From an uncultured delta proteobacterium (lineage in GTDB: Bacteria; Myxococcota_A; Polyangia; Polyangiales; B10-G4), in the NCBI GenBank assembly GCA_963727445.1, contig CAVSGI010000015.1, positions 64,001 through 128,000 of the forward strand: a DNA stretch of 64,000 nucleotides, written 5' to 3'. A model generated the notes under the pieces. It saw only the letters and a list, made by a program, of their open reading frames with translations, was not told the origin of the DNA and did not search any database. Below are positions 17,397-27,878 of the stretch, piece after piece. Position numbers and translations under genes: made by a program. The first letter of the stretch is position 1. Every line of letters starts with the position of its first letter.

Positions 17397-19255
17397 CGCT
17401 CCTCCGGTTGCAGATGGTATTCGGCCTGGAGCGAGGTCGTGAGACCGTCGACCAGATCGAGATCGGCGGCGTGATAGGCGACGAGGGCCTCGCCCATGCG
17501 CCGCGCGAGCAGCCCATAGCCCCCGAGCTCGTTCAGGGACAGCAGCAGGACGCCTTGGTCGAGGCGCGGGTCGTCGACCGGCAGGTGGATGCGCGAGACC
17601 GCCTCGGCCGGCGCCACACGGCTGCCGAGGGACCAGGCGCGGAGCTTCGGATGCTCGACCTCGGCGCTCGCGCGCGCGACCGCCGCGGCGAGCGCTTCGT
17701 CGCCAGCGACGTAGAGACTGCCGGCGAGATCACGGCGCACCGCGTCTTCGGTGAGGATCCCGCCCACCTGCGCGACGAGCTGAGGCGTCATCACCACGTG
17801 CCGCGACAGGCTCTCCTCGTCGTGGGCCTTGCGGAGGTCCTGGTGGATCGCGATCGAGCCATCCCGTCCCACCGCCATGTCGTCCTCGCTGCCGAGGAGG
17901 CATCCCACCGCATCCCAGAAAGGCATCCCTTCGAGGCCCAGGCGACGGTAGACGCCGTTGCGCGAGCCCTCGGTGCGACGACGCGCCGCGCGAAGCAGCC
18001 GACCGAAGTCGCGCCCATCGCTCGGAAAGACACCGATGCCGACGATCGGGGTGAGCGAGCCCAGGCCGGCGAGGACGTCGAGGCTCGAGAGGCGACCGCG
18101 GATCCGACGGCGACACGCGAGGGCACCGAGGAGCCCGGTCTCGGGCAAGAGCACGTAGAGCTCGTCGTCCTCGACGCGCGCGACCACGTCCGAGTCGCGC
18201 ACGGCGTCGAGCAGCGCATCGGCGAGGCTCTGCCTCAGCGTGCGCATGTCGTTGCGACTCAGGAAACGGCGGTTGTCCTCGAGGCCGTCGAGGCTGACGG
18301 TGAGCAGGCTGAAGCGGCGTCCATGGCGGGCGGCGCGATCGATCTCGCGGCCGGCGACGTCGCCGAAATACGCGAAGGTGTAAGCGCTGGTGTCGGGATC
18401 CTTGATACCGGTGCGCGCGATGGCGTCGACCTTGCGCGCCGCACTGAAGGCTGCGGTGGCGAGCCCCGCGATCACCTCGAGGGCCTGACGCGTATCGTCG
18501 TCGATGGCGGCGACGCCCACCATCTCGATGATCGCGAGCAGATCGGAGCCGCCCATCGCGTTGAGGCGCAGGCGATCGCCGTGCCACTGCACGGTGAGTG
18601 TGGGGTCGACGTGGGCGAGGTCCATGGTGTCGAGGACGCCGCTGGTCGCGTCGCCGTCGCCGAGATTGGCGGCGCGGAGATAGCGCACCGACGCGGGGAG
18701 CTCCGGCAGGTAGACCGCGCTCGCCTTGGCGTCGACCTCGGCGTTGCACGCGTCGAGGACGCGCGCCGCGACCGCGCGGGCGTCGGTCTCCGCGACGAAA
18801 GCCGCGCAGCGCGCGTAGGTCGCGTTGCGACGCTGGCTGCCCTCGCGCTCGGCGGCGAGGCGACTTCGCTCCCGGATGAGCACGCGGCGCTCGCGGGCGC
18901 GGTCGACGGTGACCATCAAGCCGTCGCCGGTGAGGGGGAGCACGACCGTGGCCAGCACGCCGAGCGCCATCGCGTGCGCGCTCTCGGCGAGCTCTTCGGG
19001 CTCCGCCATCACCAGGACGTCCACGTCCGAGTGGAGCGCGCGGAGGTGGTGCACCAGGGCGAGCCCGTCACCGCGCGGCAGCGAGATGCCCACGATGGCG
19101 ACGTCGAAACGCGTCTCGGAGAGCCGCGTGAGCGCGGCCGTCACCGACTTGGCGATCTCCGCGTGATCTCCGTGGTCCTCGAGCACGCGCGCCGCGAAGC
19201 TCGCATCCTCCTCGCGCGCGGCGCACACCAGCACCGATAGAGACGGTCGCTCCAC
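17393..19255 (-). CDS. Pseudo-receiver / GAF-like / degenerate GGDEF domain protein
   Basis: DPDTSAYTFAYF...REIDRAARHGRRFSLL...RDSDVVARVEDDELYVLLPET. Start placed at GTG 19255 after a G-rich RBS. Confidence 0.85.
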   Translation of the reverse strand: MERPSLSVLVCAAREEDASFAARVLEDHGDHAEIAKSVTAALTRLSETRFDVAIVGISLPRGDGLALVHHLRALHSDVDVLVMAEPEELAESAHAMALGVLATVVLPLTGDGLMVTVDRARERRVLIRERSRLAAEREGSQRRNATYARCAAFVAETDARAVAARVLDACNAEVDAKASAVYLPELPASVRYLRAANLGDGDATSGVLDTMDLAHVDPTLTVQWHGDRLRLNAMGGSDLLAIIEMVGVAAIDDDTRQALEVIAGLATAAFSAARKVDAIARTGIKDPDTSAYTFAYFGDVAGREIDRAARHGRRFSLLTVSLDGLEDNRRFLSRNDMRTLRQSLADALLDAVRDSDVVARVEDDELYVLLPETGLLGALACRRRIRGRLSSLDVLAGLGSLTPIVGIGVFPSDGRDFGRLLRAARRRTEGSRNGVYRRLGLEGMPFWDAVGCLLGSEDDMAVGRDGSIAIHQDLRKAHDEESLSRHVVMTPQLVAQVGGILTEDAVRRDLAGSLYVAGDEALAAAVARASAEVEHPKLRAWSLGSRVAPAEAVSRIHLPVDDPRLDQGVLLLSLNELGGYGLLARRMGEALVAYHAADLDLVDGLTTSLQAEYHLQPEER

Positions 19256-19424
19256 GCTCCCCCCTAGTGCCTGGTCCAATGACGTACGAGGGTTCTCGCT
19301 CGTTCGTCGGCCCCCTCGCAGCGTCCGCAAACCTCGAATGTGCGCTGCGCGTCCTTCGGTTTCCCTCCTTGCGACGCGGCCGACGCCCATCGCGATCTCC
19401 CCTTCCACGTCATTGGACCAGACA

Positions 19425-20234
19425 CTAGGCTCGGCTCACCGTTCCGGCGAACACCCGTCGCGCCGGGCCGGTCATCGAGACCCGGCTGCCGCGCTCCCCC
19501 ACCACGATCTCGAGCACACCGCCGGGGAGCCCGACCTTCAAAGGCTCGCCGCGCTTCGCCCGCCCCGTCTCCACCGCCGCCACCGCCGCCGCGCAAGCGC
19601 CGGTGCCGCAGGCGCGCGTCCAACCGACGCCGCGCTCGTAGACGGCGAGCTTCATCTCGGCGGGCCCGACCATCGCCGCGAAGCCCACGTTCACCCGCTC
19701 CGGGAAGCGCGCGTCGCCTTCGAGGCGCGGGCCCAGCGCGCCGCGCTCGCCCTCGGGGACGTCGAAGAGCACCACGTGCGGATTGCCCATGGAGACGCAC
19801 GTGACCCGATGGGTTCGCCCGTCCACGTCCCACGCCCTGTCGATCACCACGTCGTCCGCCGTGACCGGCAGGTCGGCGGGATCGAGGGAGGGCACCGCCA
19901 TCTCCACGCGCACGCGCCCGTCGCCGAGCACCTCGCAGCGGTGGGGGCCCGCGTCGGTCTCGACCTCGAAGGCCCTCGCGTTCGCGTCCACGCGCGGCGC
20001 GAGATGGAGCGCGACGCAGCGCAAGCCGTTGCCGCACATCTGCGGCGTGGAGCCGTCGGCGTTGATGACGCGCATGAAGGGCACACCCGACGCCAGCCCC
20101 GTGATCAAGACCCCGTCGGCGCCGATGCCGAGGTGGCGATCGCACATCGCGATCGCCTCGTCACGCGGCACGTCCTCGTCGACGACGATGAAGTCGTTCC
20201 CGAGGCCTTCGTATTTTGTGAAGGTGAGCTCCAC
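19425..20234 (-). CDS. dapF: Diaminopimelate epimerase
   Basis: FTKYEGLGNDF, GIGADG, NADGS..MCGNGLRC, SMGNPH, ERGVGWTRACGTGACA. Confidence 0.97.
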   Translation of the reverse strand: MELTFTKYEGLGNDFIVVDEDVPRDEAIAMCDRHLGIGADGVLITGLASGVPFMRVINADGSTPQMCGNGLRCVALHLAPRVDANARAFEVETDAGPHRCEVLGDGRVRVEMAVPSLDPADLPVTADDVVIDRAWDVDGRTHRVTCVSMGNPHVVLFDVPEGERGALGPRLEGDARFPERVNVGFAAMVGPAEMKLAVYERGVGWTRACGTGACAAAVAAVETGRAKRGEPLKVGLPGGVLEIVVGERGSRVSMTGPARRVFAGTVSRA

Positions 20235-20256
20235 GGCGCGGATTGTAACCCCAAGC

Positions 20257-21471
20257 TCAGCGAACCCGAACGACGGTGCCAGGGGAGCGATCGGTGGGAA
20301 GGATCGCGTACCAGCCGACGGGGAGCACCGGCTCGGTGAAACCGAAGAGCCAGCGGGCGTCGGCGGGGGAGAGGTTCACGCAGCCGTGGCTGCGGCGGCG
20401 CCCGAAGTCGTCGTGCCAGAAGGCGGTGTGAAAGCCGTTGGAGCCCTCGAAGTACTGGACCCAGGGGACCGACTCGATGGAGTAGTTTCGCTCGACGTCG
20501 GTGCGCTCGAGGTCGTCCATGTCGCTCGTCGCGAGCTTGACCCAGACGCGGTGGATGCCGAGGGGCGTCTCGTGGGTGGGGCGGTTTCGCCCCGTGGAGA
20601 CCAGGGTCACGTAGACCGCGTGATCGCCCTCGTAGGCGGTCATCACCTGCTCTTCGACGTCCACGTCGAGCCAGCGCTCGTCCGGACCCACGTCCTCGGG
20701 CCGCGCGACGACCGTAGCGCGATGCAGGTCCGTCTTGCGCATGAAGGTGTCGTCCGTCAGGCGCACGTAGGCGCGGCCGACGTCTTCGGCGACGTGCACC
20801 ACGTCACGCTGTCCGGCCCGACCCACGACGCGCCCGCCCGGCCGGGCGTAGATGCGCGCGTTCTGACGGCGGACGAAGGCGATGTCGAGAGGGTCGTCGG
20901 GGCCGAGGCTCACGCCGCGAAAGGCGCTGCCGTGAACGAAGCGGAGGTTCCCACGCTCGACCCAGAGACCGCGGCGGGTCTGGAAGAAGGTGAGCCCGTC
21001 GTAGTGTGCGCGGCGCAGGAGCACCAGCCCGAAGCCTTCGCCGTACGCTTCGACGTACTGGTCGGCGTCGTAGTCGGAGGGGCGAGCATAGGCGCGGGTG
21101 CCGTCGAAGGTGACGAAGGCGTAGACGTAGGGCAGGAGCGCCTCGCCGTGCATCACGGGTTGGGCGACGCCACCGGGCTCCTCGGCGGAGGGGCGGACGT
21201 CGTGCGCGCAGACGAAGGCCTCCTCGCCCACCTGAAACCAGAAACCGGTCGGGCAGCCGTTCCCCGCGAGACGCCGCACGAGGGGAAGGCGCGTGCCTTC
21301 GGCGACCGTTCCCCGGCGCGCTGCGCCCTCACGGGCGGCGACGCGGATCACCACGCCGTCGTCGATCACCTCGACCGAGCGCGCCCAGCTCGGTGGAGGC
21401 ACCGCGCTCTGCGCCGCCGCGCCGAGGGGCGGGAGCAGGAAGAGTAGAGCCAACGTGAGCGTGGGCCGCAC
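20257..21471 (-). CDS. L,D-transpeptidase (YkuD family), secreted
   Basis: Signal peptide, LVSTG...TPLG and HTAFWHDDFGRRRSHGCVNLS catalytic motif. Confidence 0.92.
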   Translation of the reverse strand: MRPTLTLALLFLLPPLGAAAQSAVPPPSWARSVEVIDDGVVIRVAAREGAARRGTVAEGTRLPLVRRLAGNGCPTGFWFQVGEEAFVCAHDVRPSAEEPGGVAQPVMHGEALLPYVYAFVTFDGTRAYARPSDYDADQYVEAYGEGFGLVLLRRAHYDGLTFFQTRRGLWVERGNLRFVHGSAFRGVSLGPDDPLDIAFVRRQNARIYARPGGRVVGRAGQRDVVHVAEDVGRAYVRLTDDTFMRKTDLHRATVVARPEDVGPDERWLDVDVEEQVMTAYEGDHAVYVTLVSTGRNRPTHETPLGIHRVWVKLATSDMDDLERTDVERNYSIESVPWVQYFEGSNGFHTAFWHDDFGRRRSHGCVNLSPADARWLFGFTEPVLPVGWYAILPTDRSPGTVVRVR

Positions 21472-21635
21472 CCGTCGATCCTAGCGGACCCACCTACCCC
21501 ATCCGAAAGTTCGTGCTCCGCTGGGACGGGTCGGCACGCAAGCCTTGCTCGGCGGGACGCGAGCGCGCGGAAACGACCTGGGGTCTCGTTCCCGATCCCT
21601 GAATGATCTCAAAGGTGAGCGTATGTAGGCAAAGG

Positions 21636-21651
21636 TGGTCGCGTTCTTGCT
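21636..21651 (+). promoter_or_regulatory. Putative sigma-54 promoter
   Basis: TGGTCGCGTTCTTGCT (GG-N10-GC) ending about 12 bp before ATG 21664. Direct repeat CAAAGGTG at 21610 and 21630. Confidence 0.5.
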
Positions 21652-21663
21652 CTACCCCCGGAC

Positions 21664-21954
21664 ATGCTCACTGCTACCTCCCCATTCCTCTCCCCGATCC
21701 CCACCCCCGCGCCGAAGCGTCACCTTCGGCTCATCCCGCACGTCCTGCCGGACCTCACCGAGCACGCGCGGCTTCTCCCCCCCGAGATCACCGACCTCAC
21801 CCCCCACGCCATCGTCTGTCCTCCCGAGATCGAGGACATGACCAACCACGCCAAGCTCCTCACCCCGCCCCCCGTCCCCGCCGAGCTTCGCGCCTCCACC
21901 CCTGACGTCGTCAGCGCCATGCGCGACCTCTACGCCGCCCTCCGCGCAGCCTGA
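21664..21954 (+). CDS. Small protein with three 14-aa tandem repeats
   Basis: LPDLTEHARLLPPE / ITDLTPHAIVCPPE / IEDMTNHAKLLTPP. Third codon positions are almost all C or G. Confidence 0.75.
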   Translation: MLTATSPFLSPIPTPAPKRHLRLIPHVLPDLTEHARLLPPEITDLTPHAIVCPPEIEDMTNHAKLLTPPPVPAELRASTPDVVSAMRDLYAALRAA

Positions 21955-22132
21955 GTGGCCGGCCGAAGGCCGCCACCCGGCGCCGCAGGCGCCGTGCAGG
22001 GGAGGCCGACAGCACGCGCAGATCTACCCGGGGCGGCGGTATCGCCGCCCCGCTCCTCGCGCATCTCCCGTCGGCCGCGGGGACGCAGTCCCCGAGGGGA
22101 GCGTGGAGGGGGCGAAAGCCCCCTCACCAAAA
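21955..22132 (+). repeat. Multi-hairpin element, copy 1 (178 bp)
   Basis: Identical to 22166..22344 except for a 1-nt indel. Five GC hairpins plus an enclosing stem. Confidence 0.92.
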
Positions 22133-22165
22133 CAAAACCTCATCTCACACATCTCGTCGCGCGCC

Positions 22166-22344
22166 GTGGCCGGCCGAAAGGCCGCCACCCGGCGCCGCAG
22201 GCGCCGTGCAGGGGAGGCCGACAGCACGCGCAGATCTACCCGGGGCGGCGGTATCGCCGCCCCGCTCCTCGCGCATCTCCCGTCGGCCGCGGGGACGCAG
22301 TCCCCGAGGGGAGCGTGGAGGGGGCGAAAGCCCCCTCACCAAAA
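22166..22344 (+). repeat. Multi-hairpin element, copy 2 (179 bp)
   Basis: Direct repeat of 21955..22132 after a 33-bp spacer. Confidence 0.92.
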
Positions 22345-22349
22345 TCTAA

Positions 22350-23876
22350 CTAATGCGGAATGAAGCCGCCGAACCACGCGGCGGCGGCGCCGCCGGCCAG
22401 CAGCACCAGCACGATCGCGACGTAGATCAGGGCGTTGCTGCCGCCCTTCTTGGCTGGAGGCCGCGCCGATCGACGGAGCTCCTCCGGCGAGGGCAGCGTG
22501 TGCTTCGCGCTGGGATCGATCCGCGGGGCGCGCTCGACCCGAGGCTCGGGGGGCGGCGGTTGGGGCGCTGGCTCGCTGGGCTTCTTGAAAGTCCGCTGCG
22601 AGGGGCGCTCGGACGGCACCCGCGGATGCTCGTTGGTGTCGCCGCCCTCGAGGAGCTGGGCGAGATCGCTGGTCTCGTCGATCGCGCCGGACTCGCGCCA
22701 CCCGGGCTCGCTCCCGAGGCCTACCGATTGGCCGTGCACCTCGAGCGCAGCCCCCACCTCGTCGTCGTTCGCGAACCAATCGGCGGGGTTTTCGAAGCTG
22801 CCGATGTCGAGCGGCTGCGCGCCGACCACGTCCTCGGGGCAGAGCGGCTGCGCGCCCGGATTGAGCGGGATCGGCCATGTCGTCGAGAGAGGTGAAGGAG
22901 AGCAGCTCCTCCTGGATGAGCCGATCGATGATCGACTGCGTCCTGCGACTTGCGGCGGCTTCTTGCCGGCGACGCCTCTTGACCAGGGCGGCGATGTCGT
23001 ACGCCGTCACCTTCATCTGATGGCTGAAGAGGTAGCCCGCGAGGGCGTCGCCGAACTCGCGAGCAGGACTGGTAGCGATCCGCCGGATCGCTGGGCCAGC
23101 GCCTTGACGAGGACGCCCTCGAACTCTTCGTCGACCTCGGGGTTGAGCCGCGCGAGGCTCGGGACGTTCGCCTGCTGGACCAGCTTCACCGTCTGGTAGT
23201 CGGTCTCGCCGAGGAAGAGCCGCCGACCGGCGAGCATCTCCCAGAGCACGATGCCGAGCGCGAAGATGTCCGCGCGCGCGTCGACCTCCTGGCCCATGCG
23301 CGGCCTCGGGCGAGAGGTAGCTGAACTTGCCCTTCACCACGCCCGGGTCGGTCTTCTCGAGCTGGGTCGTGGCCTTGGCGAGACCGAAGTCGGTGACCTT
23401 CACCTCGCCGCGCTTGGTGATGAGGATGTTCGGCGGCGAGATGTCGCGGTGGACGATGTCGGAGCTGCTCGCCCTCGTCGCCCAGAGTCTCGTGGGCGTA
23501 GCTCAGGCCGCGGCAGGCCTCCATGCAGATGTAGATCGCCTCCTTCATCGGGAAGCGCTGGCCCGGCCTGGCGCAGGCCCTCGATGATCGTCTTGAGGTT
23601 GCACCCGTCCACGAACTCCATGACGATGAAGTAGGTGTTGTCCGCCGCGCCGATATCGAAGACGGTGACGATGTTGGCGTGGTTCAGGCGCGCGCCGAGG
23701 CGGGCCTCGTCCAGGAACATCGAGATGAAGTTCTTGTTCTGCGCCAGGTGCGGCAGGACGCGCTTGATGGCGACCTGCTTCTTGAAGCCCTGGACGCTGA
23801 GGGCCTCGCCGCGGAAGACCTCGGCCATGCCGCCGGCTTCGAGGCGGTCGACGACGCGGTATCGCTGTTCGGCCAT
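22350..23876 (-). CDS. Membrane-anchored Ser/Thr protein kinase (several frameshifts, probably sequence errors)
   Basis: Consecutive fragments in different frames: LEAGGMAEVF..VAIKRVLP, KVTDFGLAK..GKFSYLSPE, DARADIFALG, and a C-terminal TM ALIYVAIVLVLLAGG. Confidence 0.88.
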
Positions 23877-24063
23877 GAGTGCGTGGGGGAACGGCGAAGG
23901 ATTTCGGCCCAGATCCCGCGGCCGAGGATCTCGTGGTATCCGCGGCACGATAGCGTCAAGACTTGTGGGGATCGTCGGGTCCCTCAGCACGACGATCGCC
24001 TTGACGCCCCGAATCCCGCGCGGACGGTTGACTGCGCAGTTGCGAGCCAGGTTGACTGCGCCC

Positions 24064-24739
24064 GTGCCCGATCGCCCAAGCGCCCAGTCTGCATCGCTCC
24101 CTCCATCCTGTCGGCCGACTTCGGCCGGCTCGGCGACGGAGGTCCGCGCCGTCGACGAAGCGGGCGCCGACTGGATCCACGTGGACGTGATGGACGGGCG
24201 CTTCGTCCCGAACCTCACGATCGGCCCGCCGGTGGTGAAGGCCTGCGCGGGGCCACCGACCTGCCCCTCGACGTGCCACCTGATGATCGTGGAGCCAGAG
24301 CGCTACGTCGAGGCCTTCGCCGAGGCGGGGGCGGACATCATCACGGTGCACGCCGAGGCCTGCGCCTCACCTGCACCGGACGCTGCAGCAGATCCGCGGG
24401 CCTCGGCAAGAAGGCCGGCGTGTCGCTCAACCCCCACACCCCGAGCGACGTGCATCGCGCTACGTCTGGAGCAGCTCGACCTGGTCCTGGTGATGAGCGT
24501 CAATCCCGGCTTCGGCGGCCAGACCTTCATCGCCGCGGTGCTGCCGAAGATCGAAGCGTCTGCGGAAGATGATCGACGAGGCGGGCTACGACATCGTCCT
24601 CGAGGTGGACGGCGGCGTGAAGCCGGGGACCGCGAAGCAGGTGGTCGAGGCCGGGGCGGACATGCTGGTCGCAGGCAGCGCCGTTTTCGGCGCGGAAGAC
24701 TACGCGGCGCGCCATCGAGGCGCTCCGAGAGGACGCGGC

Positions 24740-24743
<4 letters not shown>
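24064..24743 (+). CDS. rpe: Ribulose-phosphate 3-epimerase (frameshifted; boundaries approximate)
   Basis: [44 protein letters not shown] and [14 protein letters not shown] spread across frames. Confidence 0.93.
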
Positions 24744-26129
<1,386 letters not shown>

Positions 26130-26166
26130 TCCGCGACCGCGCTTCGTCGCTGCACGCCCTCACACT

Positions 26167-27246
26167 TCAGTCGCAGATGCCCCAGGGCGGGCTGAGGTCG
26201 ACGCAGCTCAGCGGACCCGGACACGCGGGCGCCCGGCTGTCGCAGAACATGTAGCAGTAGAAATCACCCGTTCCGTACGCGTAGCAGCCGAACCCGATCT
26301 GGCAGTCGAAGTCGTCGCCACAGGGGTCGCCGTCGAGGCCCCTCCCACTCCCGCTGCAGTAGGTGTGGCCGTCGGGATCGTAGATGTTGCACTTCATCCC
26401 CGCGGGGCAGACGCCGGGAGAAGTGGGATCGCAGGAGGTGGTGCAAAGGCCCGGTCCGAAGTCCGTGGAGCAGGTCGAACCGCTGCCCGAACAGTCCCCG
26501 TCGCCCGTGCAGAAGTGACGACAGGTCTTGGGCGGAGACCCGTCGTAGTTGGAGACCATGCAGCCATAGCCGGGCGCGCAAGCCGACTGATCGCTGCAGA
26601 GGGTGGCTTGCGTTCCAGGACCGTCCGGCACGCACACGAAGGCGTCCATGACGGCGTCGTCGATGCTGCAGTGCTGACCCGTGGGGCAGCCGGTGCCCAT
26701 GGTGGAATCCGAAGCGCTGCATGACGTCGGGGCGTCCGGGCCCGTGTCCATCGCGGCGTCCGCATCGGGGGGGCCGCTGTCGGTGCGCATCCCGTCCATC
26801 GTCGCGTCCCGGATCCCGCCGTCCGAGGTGCCGCTCTCGCACACCCCTCGCGCGCACTGCTCGATGGGGCAGCGGCGGACGCCCGGGGCGCTCTCGAGCT
26901 GCACCTGGACACGACCGCCGTCAATCAACGGAAGCGTCCGCTCGACGCACGCCGTGGCGTAGGCGATGCATTCGTCGTCGAGGGCCACCGCCTCGAAGGC
27001 GTAGTCGCCGGGTGGGAGCACGGGCGGAAGCGCACCGACGGGCGAGAGCGGCTCGACGACCGAGAAGTACCGCTCCTCCCCGCCGCAGCCCCCGGCGTAA
27101 ATCCGCGTCTCCACCCGCACCGCGCGGGTGGTGTCCACGCCCGGGCCGAAGAGAACCACCCAGGTGAGATCCCGGTCGGCCTTGCCGCACGCCGCGCAGA
27201 CGATGCACAGGAGACTTGCGCCGAGGAGTCGTCTACGCGCCGACAT
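26167..27246 (-). CDS. Cys-rich lipoprotein
   Basis: Lipobox CAAC, DGG/DAA linker and repeated C..G..C..C..G..C modules. Confidence 0.8.
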   Translation of the reverse strand: MSARRRLLGASLLCIVCAACGKADRDLTWVVLFGPGVDTTRAVRVETRIYAGGCGGEERYFSVVEPLSPVGALPPVLPPGDYAFEAVALDDECIAYATACVERTLPLIDGGRVQVQLESAPGVRRCPIEQCARGVCESGTSDGGIRDATMDGMRTDSGPPDADAAMDTGPDAPTSCSASDSTMGTGCPTGQHCSIDDAVMDAFVCVPDGPGTQATLCSDQSACAPGYGCMVSNYDGSPPKTCRHFCTGDGDCSGSGSTCSTDFGPGLCTTSCDPTSPGVCPAGMKCNIYDPDGHTYCSGSGRGLDGDPCGDDFDCQIGFGCYAYGTGDFYCYMFCDSRAPACPGPLSCVDLSPPWGICD

Positions 27247-27416
27247 CGAGTCGGAGTATAGGCGGAGTCGTGTCCAAACGCCGACTTGGGTGCGTCCACT
27301 CGCCATACGCAGATTGCGCGCCCCTTCTTCGGCAGCTCGCATCGAATTCGTTTGCACGGGCATGCATTGACGGTGTCAGGGCAGGGCATACCTCAGAAGT
27401 CAGAGGAGGCCTGGCC

Positions 27417-27875
27417 ATGGAAAAGAAGAACTGGATGATTACCGTCGTTGCCATCCTCGCCCTCGGTGGCGGGGGGTATGGCGCGTGTGTCGCGATGACC
27501 GACGGCGCGCAAGACCAACTGACGATGGACCAAGGTATCGCCGACCCCGGCACCGATCCGCCGCCCTACAACCTGCCCGATGCGGACATCGAGTTGGTTG
27601 TGGACACGCCTGAGGCGAATCCCGCTGTGGTCCCGACGGATCCCCTCGAGGGAGTCATCGCACAACCGCAGATCGAGGACATGCCCGAGAACCAGGTGCA
27701 GCAGGCAGTGCCCGCGCAGACTGTCATCGAGGGCGTCGAGCTCGACCGACAGCAGCCGCCATGCAACGGCGACCCCACCTGTGAGAGCGAGCGCCAGCAG
27801 GTGCGCGACAATCGGATGACCAGCAACGAGCCCGGACCGGTTCAACCGGCCATGCCCGCCCAGCCGGTCCACTGA
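27417..27875 (+). CDS. Hypothetical exported, acidic Pro/Gln-rich protein
   Basis: GAGGAGG before ATG 27417. N-terminal hydrophobic segment. Confidence 0.75.
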   Translation: MEKKNWMITVVAILALGGGGYGACVAMTDGAQDQLTMDQGIADPGTDPPPYNLPDADIELVVDTPEANPAVVPTDPLEGVIAQPQIEDMPENQVQQAVPAQTVIEGVELDRQQPPCNGDPTCESERQQVRDNRMTSNEPGPVQPAMPAQPVH

Positions 27876-27878
27876 CCG

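Noticed and set aside
21531..21550. Sigma-54 promoter CGGCACGCAAGCCTTGCT
   Set aside because: The GG-to-GC spacing is 12, not the required 10.
21955..22344. CRISPR array (repeat, 33-bp spacer, repeat)
   Set aside because: The repeats are 178 bp, there are only two, and no cas genes are present.
21930..22363. ORFs within the tandem hairpin repeats
   Set aside because: These are Arg/Pro/Gly-rich translations of palindromic DNA with no coding signature.
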